NCBI GenBank assembly: GCA_027489195.1
Contig: JAIYAG010000095.1
Span: 1-43,954 of the forward strand
Reading direction: 5' to 3'
Source: Burkholderiales bacterium
Lineage (GTDB): Bacteria > Pseudomonadota > Gammaproteobacteria > Burkholderiales > Burkholderiaceae_E
DNA: 43,954 nt
The notes under the pieces were generated by a model. The model had not been told where the DNA came from. It saw nothing but the letters and a program-made list of their open reading frames with translations, and ran no database searches. Both the position numbers and the translations under genes were made by a program. This document shows positions 1 through 8,394 of this stretch, piece after piece. Position 1 is the stretch's first letter. Each line of letters starts with the position of its first letter.

Positions 1-323
1 CCGCGGGCCTGATGGGCGTGCCGCGGACCGCGCTGATCCTGCGCCACCTGCTGCCGAACGTGATGCCCTCGCTGCTGGTGCAGGCCGGCATCCGGATCAG
101 CACCGCGATCCTGCTGGAGTCGGGGCTGTCGTTCTTCGGCATCGGCGTGGTGCCGCCCACGCCCGACTGGGGGCTGATGATCGCCGAGGGCCGCGCCTTC
201 ATCACCATGGCGCCCTGGATCTCGGGTGTGCCCGGTGTCGCGCTCGCGGTGCTGCTGGTGGGGCTGACGCTGCTGGGCGACGGGCTGCGCGACGCGTTCT
301 CGCCGCGCTCCGAGGGGCGCTGA
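1..323 (+). CDS. ABC transporter permease, C-terminal fragment (DppC/OppC/GsiD type); 5' end lies outside the window
   Basis: The frame is open to the window edge. The translation ...LLESGLSFFGIGVVPPTPDWGLMIAEGR...LLGDGLRDAFSPR matches the conserved C-terminus of peptide/nickel ABC permeases. The TGA at 321-323 lies 1 nt before the next start. Confidence 0.85.
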   Translation, partial: AGLMGVPRTALILRHLLPNVMPSLLVQAGIRISTAILLESGLSFFGIGVVPPTPDWGLMIAEGRAFITMAPWISGVPGVALAVLLVGLTLLGDGLRDAFSPRSEGR

Positions 324-324
324 G

Positions 325-1293
325 ATGACGGCGCCCCTGCTGGAGATCGATCGGCTGTCGCTCAGGCGCGGCCGCAACACCGTGCTCGACGAGGTCTCGC
401 TGTCGCTGGCGCGCGGCCGCTCGCTGGGGCTGCTCGGTGAGTCCGGGGCAGGCAAGTCCACGCTCGCGATGGCGATCATCGGGCTGCTGCGCGAGCCCGA
501 GGTGGGCCTGTCCGGCAGCCTGCGCTTCGACGGCACCGAGCTCACCGAGCTCACCGAGTCGCGGTTCCAGACGCTGCGCGGCCGTCGCATCGGCTTGATC
601 TTCCAGGATGCGATGGGCTCGCTCGATCCGTGCTTCACCGTCGGCAGCCAGATCTGCGAGCCGCTGCGCCGGCACCTGAAACTGGACAAGCGGGCCGCGC
701 TCGAGCGCGCCGCCCAGCTCCTCGACAGCGTCGGCATTCCGGATGCGCGCGCGCGCCTGTCCGCCTATCCGCACCAGCTCTCCGGCGGCATGCAGCAGCG
801 CGTGATGATCGCGATCGCGCTCGCCTGCGACCCGGAGCTGCTGATCGCCGACGAACCGACCAGCGCGCTCGACGTCACCATCCAGGCGCAGATCATGACG
901 CTGGTGATGGACCGGGTGCGCGCGCTCGGCTCGAGCGCCGTCTTCGTGCTGCACGACCTCGCACTCGCCGCGCAGGTCTGCGACGAGGTGGCGGTGATGT
1001 ACGGCGGCCAGATCGTCGAGACCGGGCCGTCGGCGCTGCTGCTCGAGACGCCGCTGCACCCGTACACGCAGGGGCTGCGCGCCTGCGTGGTCGAGCTCGA
1101 CTCGCACGAGCTCGAGCCGCTCGCCGGCAACGTGCCCGATGCGGCCGACATGCCGCCGGGCTGCCGCTTCGCCACCCGCTGCCCGAAGGCCGGGCCGCGC
1201 TGCACCCAGGTGCGCCCGCCGCTCGTCGAGCTCGAGGGCCGGCGGGTCGCCTGCTGGGTCGCGCAGGGCGAGCCGGTCGGGGCCGCATCGTGA
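325..1293 (+). CDS. Peptide/glutathione ABC transporter ATP-binding protein (DppD/OppD type)
   Basis: Walker A GESGAGKST, signature LSGGMQQRV and Walker B LLIADEPTSALD are present. The C-terminal PPGCRFATRCP oligopeptide-ATPase tail is present. Tightly packed behind the permease. Confidence 0.93.
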   Translation: MTAPLLEIDRLSLRRGRNTVLDEVSLSLARGRSLGLLGESGAGKSTLAMAIIGLLREPEVGLSGSLRFDGTELTELTESRFQTLRGRRIGLIFQDAMGSLDPCFTVGSQICEPLRRHLKLDKRAALERAAQLLDSVGIPDARARLSAYPHQLSGGMQQRVMIAIALACDPELLIADEPTSALDVTIQAQIMTLVMDRVRALGSSAVFVLHDLALAAQVCDEVAVMYGGQIVETGPSALLLETPLHPYTQGLRACVVELDSHELEPLAGNVPDAADMPPGCRFATRCPKAGPRCTQVRPPLVELEGRRVACWVAQGEPVGAAS

Positions 1294-2297
1294 GCGGCGG
1301 CATCGCTGGCGGCACGAGCGGCCAGCCGCTGTTCTCGGTCCTCGACGTCGAGAAGGCGTACGAGGTCGGCCGCGCGCCGTCCGTGCGGCGCTTCGCGCGC
1401 GGCGAGCCGCGGCTGCTGCATGCGCTCGACGGCGTGCGGCTGGACGTCGGCGATGGCGACGCGGTCGCGCTGGTCGGCGAGAGCGGCTCGGGCAAGTCGA
1501 CGCTGGTGCGGCTGATGCTCGGGCTCGAGGCCGCCACCGAAGGCCGTCTGCTGTATCGCGGCGCCGACCTCGGCACGCTGTCGGGCGAGGCGCGCCGTGT
1601 CTTCTCGCGCGAGGTCGCCTACATCTACCAGGATGCGCGCGGCTCGATGAATCCGCGGATGCGCGTCGGCGACGTGCTCGCCGAGCCGATGCGTCTGCAC
1701 GGGCTGTGCACCGACGCCGAGGTGCCCGCGCGGGTCGGTGCGCTGCTCGAGCGTGTGGGCCTGTCGGCGACGATGCGTGACCGCTTCCCGAGCGAGCTGT
1801 CGGGCGGCCAGGTGCGGCGCGTCGCGGTGGCGCGCGCGCTCGCCTCGGAGCCGAAGATCGTGTTCGCCGACGAGTCGGTCGCGGGCCTCGACGTCTCGGT
1901 GCAGGCGCAGCTGCTGAACCTGCTGCGCAGCCTGCGCCGCGAGATGGGGCTGACCCTGGTCTTCATCACGCACGACCTCGGTGTCGCGAGCTACCTGTGC
2001 GACCGCATCGCGGTCATGTACCTGGGTCGCGTGGTCGAGGAGGGGCCGACCGGCGACGTGCTCACCCGCCCGCGCCATCCGTACACGCGCGCGCTGATGG
2101 ACGCGTTCCCCAGCTTCGGCCGGCCGCTGGGGGCGCCCTTGCGCGGCGAGATCCCCAGCCCGATCGACCTGCCGCGCGGATGCCGTTTCGCGTCGCGCTG
2201 CCCGCAGGCCCGTGACGCCTGCCGGGAAACCGAACCGGTGCTGGTGGCCGACGGGCCGGGGCGTCGTGTAGCCTGCGCCTTCCCGCTTTCGTCCTGA
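1290..2297 (+). CDS. Peptide/glutathione ABC transporter ATP-binding protein (DppF/OppF type)
   Basis: The GTG at 1290 overlaps the upstream stop (GTGA). Walker A GESGSGKST, signature LSGGQVRRV, Walker B VFADESVAGLD and the C-terminal PRGCRFASRCP motif are present. The long upstream extension of ORF 630..2297 is Arg/Ala-rich out-of-frame read-through of the previous gene. Confidence 0.9.
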   Translation: MSGGIAGGTSGQPLFSVLDVEKAYEVGRAPSVRRFARGEPRLLHALDGVRLDVGDGDAVALVGESGSGKSTLVRLMLGLEAATEGRLLYRGADLGTLSGEARRVFSREVAYIYQDARGSMNPRMRVGDVLAEPMRLHGLCTDAEVPARVGALLERVGLSATMRDRFPSELSGGQVRRVAVARALASEPKIVFADESVAGLDVSVQAQLLNLLRSLRREMGLTLVFITHDLGVASYLCDRIAVMYLGRVVEEGPTGDVLTRPRHPYTRALMDAFPSFGRPLGAPLRGEIPSPIDLPRGCRFASRCPQARDACRETEPVLVADGPGRRVACAFPLSS

Positions 2298-2350
2298 CAG
2301 CCCGACGTCCCGACGGCCCTGCCGTGCCGACGTCTTCCGGAGTACCTTCG

Positions 2351-3955
2351 ATGACTTCCCCCTCGGCCAGCGGCCGCGGCGGCGCGATCACCGCGCCCCA
2401 TCACCTGGCCACCGAGGCCGGTCTCGACGTCCTCGCCCGCGGCGGCAACGCCATCGAGGCCACCATCGCCGCCGGCGCCGTGCTCGCCGTCGTCTACCCG
2501 CACATGAACGCCATCGGCGGCGACGCGTTCTTCACCGTCGCCGAGGCGTCGGGCGCCTGCTTCGGCCTCGACGGTGCCGGGCCCTCGGCCGCGGTCTGCA
2601 CGCCCGAGGCGTACCGTGCGCGCGGCTTCCAGGCCATCCCCAAGCGCGGCCCGTGGGCCGCGAACACCGTCGCCGGCATGGTGTCCGTGTGGGGCGCCGC
2701 CTACGAGCATTCGCGCTCGCGCTGGGGCGGCACGCTGTCGTGGGCCGAGCTGCTCGCGCCGGCCACGAAGCTCGCCGGCGACGGCTTCGCCGCGAACGCA
2801 GGGCAGGGCGCCGCGATGCGCGGCCACTGGGCGCAGCTCTCGCAGACCGAGGCGTTCGTGAAGAACTTCGCGCCCGGCGGCCGCATCCCCGAGAAGGGCG
2901 ACACGCTGCGCCAGACCGCGCTCGCCGAGAGCCTCGCGCTGCTCGCGCACGAGGGTGCCAACGGCTTCTACCGCGGCGAGCTCGGCCGGCGCATCGCCGC
3001 CGGCCTGCAGCGCGAAGGCAGTCCGATCGACGCCGGCGACCTCGCCCGCTTCGAGTGCCGCCGCGTCGCGCAGCCCTCGGTGCGCTACCGTGCCGGCACG
3101 CTGCGCAACCTGCCGCCGCCCACCGTCGGCATCACCTCGCTCACGATTCTCGGCATCCTCGACCGCTTCGACCTCTCGGGCCTCGAGCCGATGTCCGCCG
3201 AGTTCGTGCACCTGCACGCCGAGGCCGCCAAGCTCGCGCACGCGCTGCGCGACCGGCACCTGGGCGACCCCGACTTCGTCGACGTGCCCGTGCAGCGCAT
3301 GCTCGCGCCCGCCACGCTGGACGCGCTCGCCGCCCGCATCGACCGCACCCGTGCCGCCCCCTTCAACGACGGCCCGCTGCCCGGCGACACCGTGTGGTTC
3401 GGCGTCGCCGACGCCCAGGGCCGCTCGGTCAGCGCCATCCAGAGCCTGTGCTGGGAGTACGGCAGCGGCGTGATGGCCGGCGACACCGGCATCGTCTGGC
3501 ACAACCGCGGTCACGGCTACACCTTCGAGCCCGGCCGCGCCAACACGCTGGCCCCCGGCAAGCGCCCGTCGCACACGCTGAACGCACCCACCTGGTTCGG
3601 CGACGACGGCTCGCGCATCGTGTTCGGCACCATGGGCGGCGAGGCCCAGCCGCAGATCTCCGCCGCCGTGCTCACGCGCGCGATGGACCTCGGCATGCCG
3701 CTGGCCGACGCGCTCGCCTCACCGCGCTGGGTGCTCGGCCGCGCCTGGGGCGACCAGTCGCCCACCACGCTCAAGCTCGAGCGCCGCTTCCCCGAGGCCA
3801 CCGCCGCGGGCCTGCGCGCGCTCGGCCACGACGTCGAGTGGTTCGACGAGTGGTCCGACTACATGGGGCATGCGGGCGTGATCCGCATCGGCGTCGACGG
3901 CGCGATGGACGTGGGGAGCGATCCGCGCAGCGATGGGGCGGCGGGGGCGCTCTGA
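2351..3955 (+). CDS. Gamma-glutamyltransferase family protein (Ntn hydrolase, no obvious signal peptide)
   Basis: The N-terminus GGAITAPHHLATEAGLDVLARGGNAIEATIAAGAVLAVVYPHMNAIGGDAFF is typical of GGT-family proteins. A candidate autoprocessing site lies at PGDTVWFGVAD. The ATG at 2351 is chosen; an in-frame GTG at 2324 is an alternative. Confidence 0.88.
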   Translation: MTSPSASGRGGAITAPHHLATEAGLDVLARGGNAIEATIAAGAVLAVVYPHMNAIGGDAFFTVAEASGACFGLDGAGPSAAVCTPEAYRARGFQAIPKRGPWAANTVAGMVSVWGAAYEHSRSRWGGTLSWAELLAPATKLAGDGFAANAGQGAAMRGHWAQLSQTEAFVKNFAPGGRIPEKGDTLRQTALAESLALLAHEGANGFYRGELGRRIAAGLQREGSPIDAGDLARFECRRVAQPSVRYRAGTLRNLPPPTVGITSLTILGILDRFDLSGLEPMSAEFVHLHAEAAKLAHALRDRHLGDPDFVDVPVQRMLAPATLDALAARIDRTRAAPFNDGPLPGDTVWFGVADAQGRSVSAIQSLCWEYGSGVMAGDTGIVWHNRGHGYTFEPGRANTLAPGKRPSHTLNAPTWFGDDGSRIVFGTMGGEAQPQISAAVLTRAMDLGMPLADALASPRWVLGRAWGDQSPTTLKLERRFPEATAAGLRALGHDVEWFDEWSDYMGHAGVIRIGVDGAMDVGSDPRSDGAAGAL

Positions 3956-3994
3956 GGCGCGATCGCCGGCGTCACGACCCAAGCATGATCGGGC

Positions 3995-4018
3995 GTCGGC
4001 CCGGGGCTGCAGGCCGAC
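3995..4018. terminator. Weak GC hairpin between convergent genes
   Basis: GTCGGCC (3995-4001) pairs with GGCCGAC (4012-4018) around a 10-nt loop. It lies between the ggt-like stop and the ATPase stop. There is no T-tract. Confidence 0.25.
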
Positions 4019-4036
4019 CAAGCCAGCGCCCTCGAG

Positions 4037-5230
4037 TCACACGTGGCGCCAGTCGTCGCCAGGCATGATGCGCTTCATGAACGCATCGAACATCGGGACC
4101 GTGTAGGCGGTGTCACCGTGGTTCGGACTCCAGATCATTCCCTTGGCGATCAGCGAACTGCGGGTCGGCGCGAGTGACGTGACCTTGGCCGGGTAGCAGG
4201 TGGCGATGTCGCCCGAGCGATGCGGACCCGGACCGAGTTCGGCCATCGCGCGCAGGTAACGCTTTTCCTTCGGCGTCAGCCGATCGAAGCGCACGCGGAA
4301 GAAGCTTTCGTCGAGCGCCGCCACTGCGCTCCCCGAGGCGCGCTGGACCGCATCGATGCCGATCGGCGAGCGCGCCGCCTGCTCCCAGGTGTGGAACCCC
4401 CATTGCTGCAGGAAATACGCATAGCCTTGGGTGACCTCGACGAGCTGATGAAGCGCGGCCTCGTCGATGTCTACCCCTTCCTTCTGCAACGGCACTCGGA
4501 TCGCCTGCTCGGCGGCGGGCCGCGGGAGCGGCCCGATCTCCGGGAAGTTGAACAGGCGCTCGGCGTAGGACTTGGCGTTGCCCATCCGACCGCGCAACTG
4601 CGGCAGGCCTGCGCCCACCAGCACGACCGGTAGCTGCTGCTGCTCGATGCGGTGCATGGCTGTGATCAGGACCGCCAATTGGTCCTCCGCGACGTATTGC
4701 AACTCGTCGATGAAGATCGCTTCGGCGGTGCCGGCTGCCTTCGCGGCCTGGCCGACCTGTTCGAAGAGCGCCTGCAGATCATGCTCGAGGTCGCCGTTGT
4801 CCGCGAGGCCGGGCTCGGCCTCGTAGTCCAGTCCGACCTCGAGATCCTGATACTTGATCTTCATCTTTCCCGCGAATCCTGCGAGTGCGCGCAGGCCGCG
4901 GATGGCGAACTCCTTCGCCGCTGCGATGTTGCTCAGCCTGAGCAGAGCTTGGCGCAGCTGAGGTGCGAGGATCGCGGGCAGAGATCGCCCCTCCGGGGCC
5001 TCGATCCGGATGGTATGGATCCCTGCCGCCTCTGCCTTGGTCCGGATGCGGTCGAGCAGAACGGTCTTTCCGACACCGCGCAGACCGACCAGCATGGCGC
5101 TCTTCGCATGGCGACCGATCCTGGCGCGCTGCAGCGCGACATGCATGTCTTCGAGAAGCGCGTCGCGGCCGGCGAGTTCGACAGGCGGCGAGCCGGCTCC
5201 CGGCACGAACGGATTTCGGATGGAGTCCAT
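4037..5230 (-). CDS. Orphan AAA+ ATPase (ORC/Cdc6- or archaeal-ATPase-like P-loop NTPase) with a C-terminal winged-helix-like region
   Basis: Walker A GLRGVGKTVLL and Walker B AIFIDELQY are present. The C-terminus FRVRFDRLTPKEKRYLRAMAELG...IAKGMIW looks like wHTH. The start is set at MDSIRNPF (5230), because the 28 codons upstream run into an AT-rich promoter-like tract. Confidence 0.8.
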   Translation of the reverse strand: MDSIRNPFVPGAGSPPVELAGRDALLEDMHVALQRARIGRHAKSAMLVGLRGVGKTVLLDRIRTKAEAAGIHTIRIEAPEGRSLPAILAPQLRQALLRLSNIAAAKEFAIRGLRALAGFAGKMKIKYQDLEVGLDYEAEPGLADNGDLEHDLQALFEQVGQAAKAAGTAEAIFIDELQYVAEDQLAVLITAMHRIEQQQLPVVLVGAGLPQLRGRMGNAKSYAERLFNFPEIGPLPRPAAEQAIRVPLQKEGVDIDEAALHQLVEVTQGYAYFLQQWGFHTWEQAARSPIGIDAVQRASGSAVAALDESFFRVRFDRLTPKEKRYLRAMAELGPGPHRSGDIATCYPAKVTSLAPTRSSLIAKGMIWSPNHGDTAYTVPMFDAFMKRIMPGDDWRHV

Positions 5231-5332
5231 GGGCCTCTCGTTTATAGCGAGTTTCGCAATCTTATCCTCTGACTGTAAGAACGCAAAGCTCTGTATAAAC
5301 ACCATCGGCGCCACAAGACCCCGCCGGGCGCC

Positions 5333-6235
5333 TCAACCCAGCCGACGCACCGCCTCGATCGCGATGGCCCGGCCGTGCTCCTGCACGAAGTGCCCGCCGT
5401 CGGCCACCTGCATCGGCGCCGGACAGCCGCGGATGCCTGCCCGGAGACGCTCCATCAGCGCCGGCGTGAACACCGGGTCCTGCATCCCGATCGCCATCAT
5501 CGAGCGGCCCGCCCAAGCCTCGGCCCAGAAGGCGGCCGCCTCGCGCGAGACGGCCGCGCCGTCGTCCTGCGGATGCTCCGGCACCAGGTCCGGGAACGCC
5601 CGGGTGGCCGCGCGGAAGTCCGGCCCCGGAAACGGCGCGTCGTAGGCCGCGCAGGCCGCGTCGTTCATCTGCGGATTGCCGCGCGAGAAGAGCCGCGAGA
5701 TCGCGAAGTCGGGCTTGCCGCGGCACATCGCGCGCCACTGCAGGAAGCCCTCGGGCAGCGGTGTCTCGGCGGTGGCCAGGTAGGTGTTCATCACCAGCAG
5801 GCCGCGCCAGCGCGCCGGCGCCGCCATCGGCAGCGTCAGCCCGATCAGCCCGCCCCAGTCCTGCACCACCAGGTTCACGCGCTCCAGCGCCAGCCACTCG
5901 ACGAACGCGAGCAGCACCCGGCGGTGCCGATCGAAGGTGTGCCACGCGACGTCGAGCGGCTTGTCGCTGCGGCCGAAGCCCGGCATGTCGGGCGCCACCA
6001 CGCGATGCCCGGCCGCGAGGAACTCGGGGATCATCAGCCGGTACAGGTAGCTCCAGGCCGGGTTGCCGTGCAGGCACAGCCAGGTGACCGGCGCATCGCG
6101 CGGGCCTTCGTCCAGGTAGTGCAGCCGCAGACCGCCGAGCTCGGGCAGGGCGCTGGTGTAGCGCGGCGTCCAGGGACAGTCCGGCAGGTCGGCGAAGCGA
6201 TCGTCGGGCGTGCGCAGGTGCGGGGTGTCGGTCAT
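5333..6235 (-). CDS. Haloalkane dehalogenase, HLD-I (DhlA/DhmA-like) alpha/beta hydrolase
   Basis: WLCLHGNPAWSYLYRLMIPEF, the nucleophile elbow VVQDWGG and the C-terminal GGHFVQEHG align closely with my recollection of Xanthobacter DhlA. The ATG at 6235 forms an ATGA overlap with the upstream stop. Confidence 0.88.
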   Translation of the reverse strand: MTDTPHLRTPDDRFADLPDCPWTPRYTSALPELGGLRLHYLDEGPRDAPVTWLCLHGNPAWSYLYRLMIPEFLAAGHRVVAPDMPGFGRSDKPLDVAWHTFDRHRRVLLAFVEWLALERVNLVVQDWGGLIGLTLPMAAPARWRGLLVMNTYLATAETPLPEGFLQWRAMCRGKPDFAISRLFSRGNPQMNDAACAAYDAPFPGPDFRAATRAFPDLVPEHPQDDGAAVSREAAAFWAEAWAGRSMMAIGMQDPVFTPALMERLRAGIRGCPAPMQVADGGHFVQEHGRAIAIEAVRRLG

Positions 6236-6588
6236 GGGGCGGCGTGCGGGTCGAGTCGGTGCGGCCCGAGCAGCAGCGCGCGCACGTCGCCGCGCTGGCG
6301 CAGGCTCTCGACCAGCAGGTAGATGCACAGGAAGGGCGTGCCCCCCACCGTCGCCAGCACCGCGAGCCCGAGGCCGCCTGCGCTGAAGCGGTGGCGCCAG
6401 GCGACCCACAGCGCCGACAGCAGCAGCAGACACAGGAAGTCCAGGTTGAACTGACCCGCCCAGCCCATCGCGGCCAGGTCGCCGATGAACACGGGCAGGA
6501 AGTCCGCCCCGTGGCGCGCGATGACGACGCCGGTGTACGCGACGACGGTGAGCAGCATCAGCGACAGGATCAGGCGGAGCGGCAGCAT
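6232..6588 (-). CDS. Small integral membrane protein (about 118 aa, 3-4 predicted helices), function unknown
   Basis: Hydrophobic segments LILSLMLLTVVAYTGVVIA, FLCLLLLSALWVAW and LGLAVLATVGGTPFLCIYLLV are present. Its stop overlaps the dehalogenase start (ATGA at 6232-6235). The start is taken at MLPLRL (6588); the ORF extends to 6678. Confidence 0.6.
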   Translation of the reverse strand: MLPLRLILSLMLLTVVAYTGVVIARHGADFLPVFIGDLAAMGWAGQFNLDFLCLLLLSALWVAWRHRFSAGGLGLAVLATVGGTPFLCIYLLVESLRQRGDVRALLLGPHRLDPHAAP

Positions 6589-6697
6589 GGTCGGAGGCTC
6601 GGAGGGTGAGGAGGGTGATCGGGGCCGTCGGACACGATCGGTCCAGGCCGATCCGGACGGTAGCCGTGCGCGTGGCACGCTTCAATGACGTGCGGGG

Positions 6698-7612
6698 TCA
6701 TGGGCCCGCCCCCGCCAGGTGGTCCCCGAACGCCCTGACCTTCGCCGACGGCTGGCGCACGCTCGGGCTGATCAGGTGCACCGGAATCGGGGGCGCGGGC
6801 CAGTCGGGCAGGAGCACCTGCAGGTCGCCGGTCGGCATCACGTCATCGAACAGCCAGGTCGGCGAGAAGCCGATCCCCATCCCCGAGAGCACGGCCGCGC
6901 GCACGACCTCGCTGCTGTTGGTCTGCAGGCGCCCTTGGGCGCGGACGGTCACCGTGGTCCCCGCAGCCACGGCGGCGCCGGGTCCGGCCGTGAAGGTCCA
7001 GGCGTTCTGGGTGGCCAGTTCGGTGTAGACGATGCAGTCCAGCCGCAACAGGTCCTCGGGCACGCGCGGCATCGCCATGCCTTCGGACAGGGTCCGCAGG
7101 TACTCGCGGCTGGCGATCAGCACGCGCTGCGTGGTGCCGATTCGGCGGGCCACCAGCGAACTGTCGGCCAGCTCCCCGATCCTCACGGCGACGTCGATCC
7201 CCTGCTCGACCAGATCGACGAATCCGTCGTCGAGCCGCAGGTCGATCTTCACCTCGGGGTGCGCCGCCAGGAAGGTCCTGACCCGGGGCAGCAGCTTGAG
7301 CCGACCGAAGCCGACCGATGCCGCCACCCTCAGCCAGCCGCTGAGCTGCCGGCCGCCGTCGCGCACGCTGCGCTCGGCCTCCGCCACCTCGTCCACCAGG
7401 CGGCGGGCCTGTTCGAAGTAGCGAGCGCCCGCTTCGGTCAGTGCGAGAGACCGGGTGTTGCGGCTCAGCAGCCGTGCCCCGAGTTCACGCTCGAGCGCCG
7501 CCACCTGCTTGCTCACCGCGCTCTGGGTGGTGCGCGCCTCCCGCGCGACGGTCGAGAAGCTGCCGCGCTCGACGACGCGCACGAAGGTCCGCATGGCCGT
7601 GAGTCGATCCAA
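6698..7612 (-). CDS. LysR family transcriptional regulator
   Basis: The N-terminal HTH is (M)DRLTAMRTFVRVVERGSFSTVAREARTTQSAVSKQVAALERELGARLLSRNTRSLALTEAG, followed by a LysR substrate-binding domain. The TTG at 7612 gives the canonical MDRL... N-terminus and leaves the T-N11-A box upstream. In-frame ATGs at 7594, 7684 and 7702 are alternatives. Confidence 0.88.
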   Translation of the reverse strand: MDRLTAMRTFVRVVERGSFSTVAREARTTQSAVSKQVAALERELGARLLSRNTRSLALTEAGARYFEQARRLVDEVAEAERSVRDGGRQLSGWLRVAASVGFGRLKLLPRVRTFLAAHPEVKIDLRLDDGFVDLVEQGIDVAVRIGELADSSLVARRIGTTQRVLIASREYLRTLSEGMAMPRVPEDLLRLDCIVYTELATQNAWTFTAGPGAAVAAGTTVTVRAQGRLQTNSSEVVRAAVLSGMGIGFSPTWLFDDVMPTGDLQVLLPDWPAPPIPVHLISPSVRQPSAKVRAFGDHLAGAGP

Positions 7613-7627
7613 GGTCCGCTCCAGAAC

Positions 7628-7642
7628 ATTCCTGAACGGAAT
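7628..7642. promoter_or_regulatory. LysR-type T-N11-A dyad in the divergent promoter region
   Basis: ATTCC-TGAAC-GGAAT is a perfect 5-bp inverted repeat containing T-N11-A. It lies 16 nt upstream of the proposed LysR start and 116 nt upstream of the divergent AhpD-like gene. Confidence 0.5.
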
Positions 7643-7757
7643 GAATGATAGGCCGGATGTCCGTCTAGTCGGTCGATCGGTCATGAACCAAAGTTCACCC
7701 ATCGGACGCGCCGCCGGCGCATCCGTCCCCGAACCCGCCCTTCACCGGAGCCTCGCC

Positions 7758-8303
7758 ATGACCCTGAACCCGATCACCGTCCCCACCCGCGACCAGGTGT
7801 CGCCCGCCAACCAGGCCCTGTTCGACGGCCTGAAGAAAGGTCTGGGCATGGTGCCCAACCTCTACGCCACGATGGCGCATTCGGAGCGGGCGCTCGGCAC
7901 CTACCTCGCGCTGCAGAACGCGGGCAGCAGCATCCAGGGCAAGGCGCGCGAGGTGGTCAACCTCGTGGTGAGCCAGGTCAACGGCTGCGAGTACTGCCTG
8001 GCCGCCCACACCGTCATCGGCGGCATGGTGGGCTTCACGGCCGATCAGATCATGGAGATCCGCCGCGGGCGCGCGTCCTTCGACGCGAGGCTCGACGCGC
8101 TGGCCCGGCTGGTCGAGCGCATCGCGAGCGAACGCGGCCACGCCGACCCGGCACGGCTGCAGGCGTTCTTCGACGCGGGCTGGACGACGGAGCACCTGGT
8201 CGACGCCATCGTCGTCATCGGCGACAAGACGGTCACCAACTACCTGCATGCGACCACCCGGGTGCCGGTGGACTTTCCGGCGGCGCCGGCCCTGGCCGCC
8301 TGA
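7758..8303 (+). CDS. Carboxymuconolactone decarboxylase / AhpD-like family protein
   Basis: The core NGCEYCLAAH CxxC motif and the overall size (181 aa) are typical of AhpD-like alkylhydroperoxidase-fold proteins. It is divergent from the LysR gene. Confidence 0.85.
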   Translation: MTLNPITVPTRDQVSPANQALFDGLKKGLGMVPNLYATMAHSERALGTYLALQNAGSSIQGKAREVVNLVVSQVNGCEYCLAAHTVIGGMVGFTADQIMEIRRGRASFDARLDALARLVERIASERGHADPARLQAFFDAGWTTEHLVDAIVVIGDKTVTNYLHATTRVPVDFPAAPALAA

Positions 8304-8394
8304 ACCCGACGCCACCGGCCCGGTCGGCGCCGCCGGCCGGGGTCCCCCGACAGGCCCGCCCTCGGCCCGTGCCGCCCCACTCTCGAGTCCCGAC

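Noticed and set aside
630-1289. Long N-terminal extensions of ORF-track entries: 630..2297, 9982..12291, 11226..13133, 12716..14443, 18423..21587, 14485..16128, 16031..17830, 7455..8303 and 8248..9387.
   Set aside because: The extensions overlap the preceding gene in another frame and translate to Arg/Pro/Ala-rich junk. Family-typical N-termini begin at internal ATG/GTG codons, often forming ATGA/GTGA overlaps with the upstream stop.
3956-5332. Direct repeats (att-like sites) flanking the lower-GC ATPase gene.
   Set aside because: Comparing 3956-4036 with 5231-5332 showed no shared sequence of 8 nt or more that I could find. The insertion hypothesis therefore rests on composition and context only.
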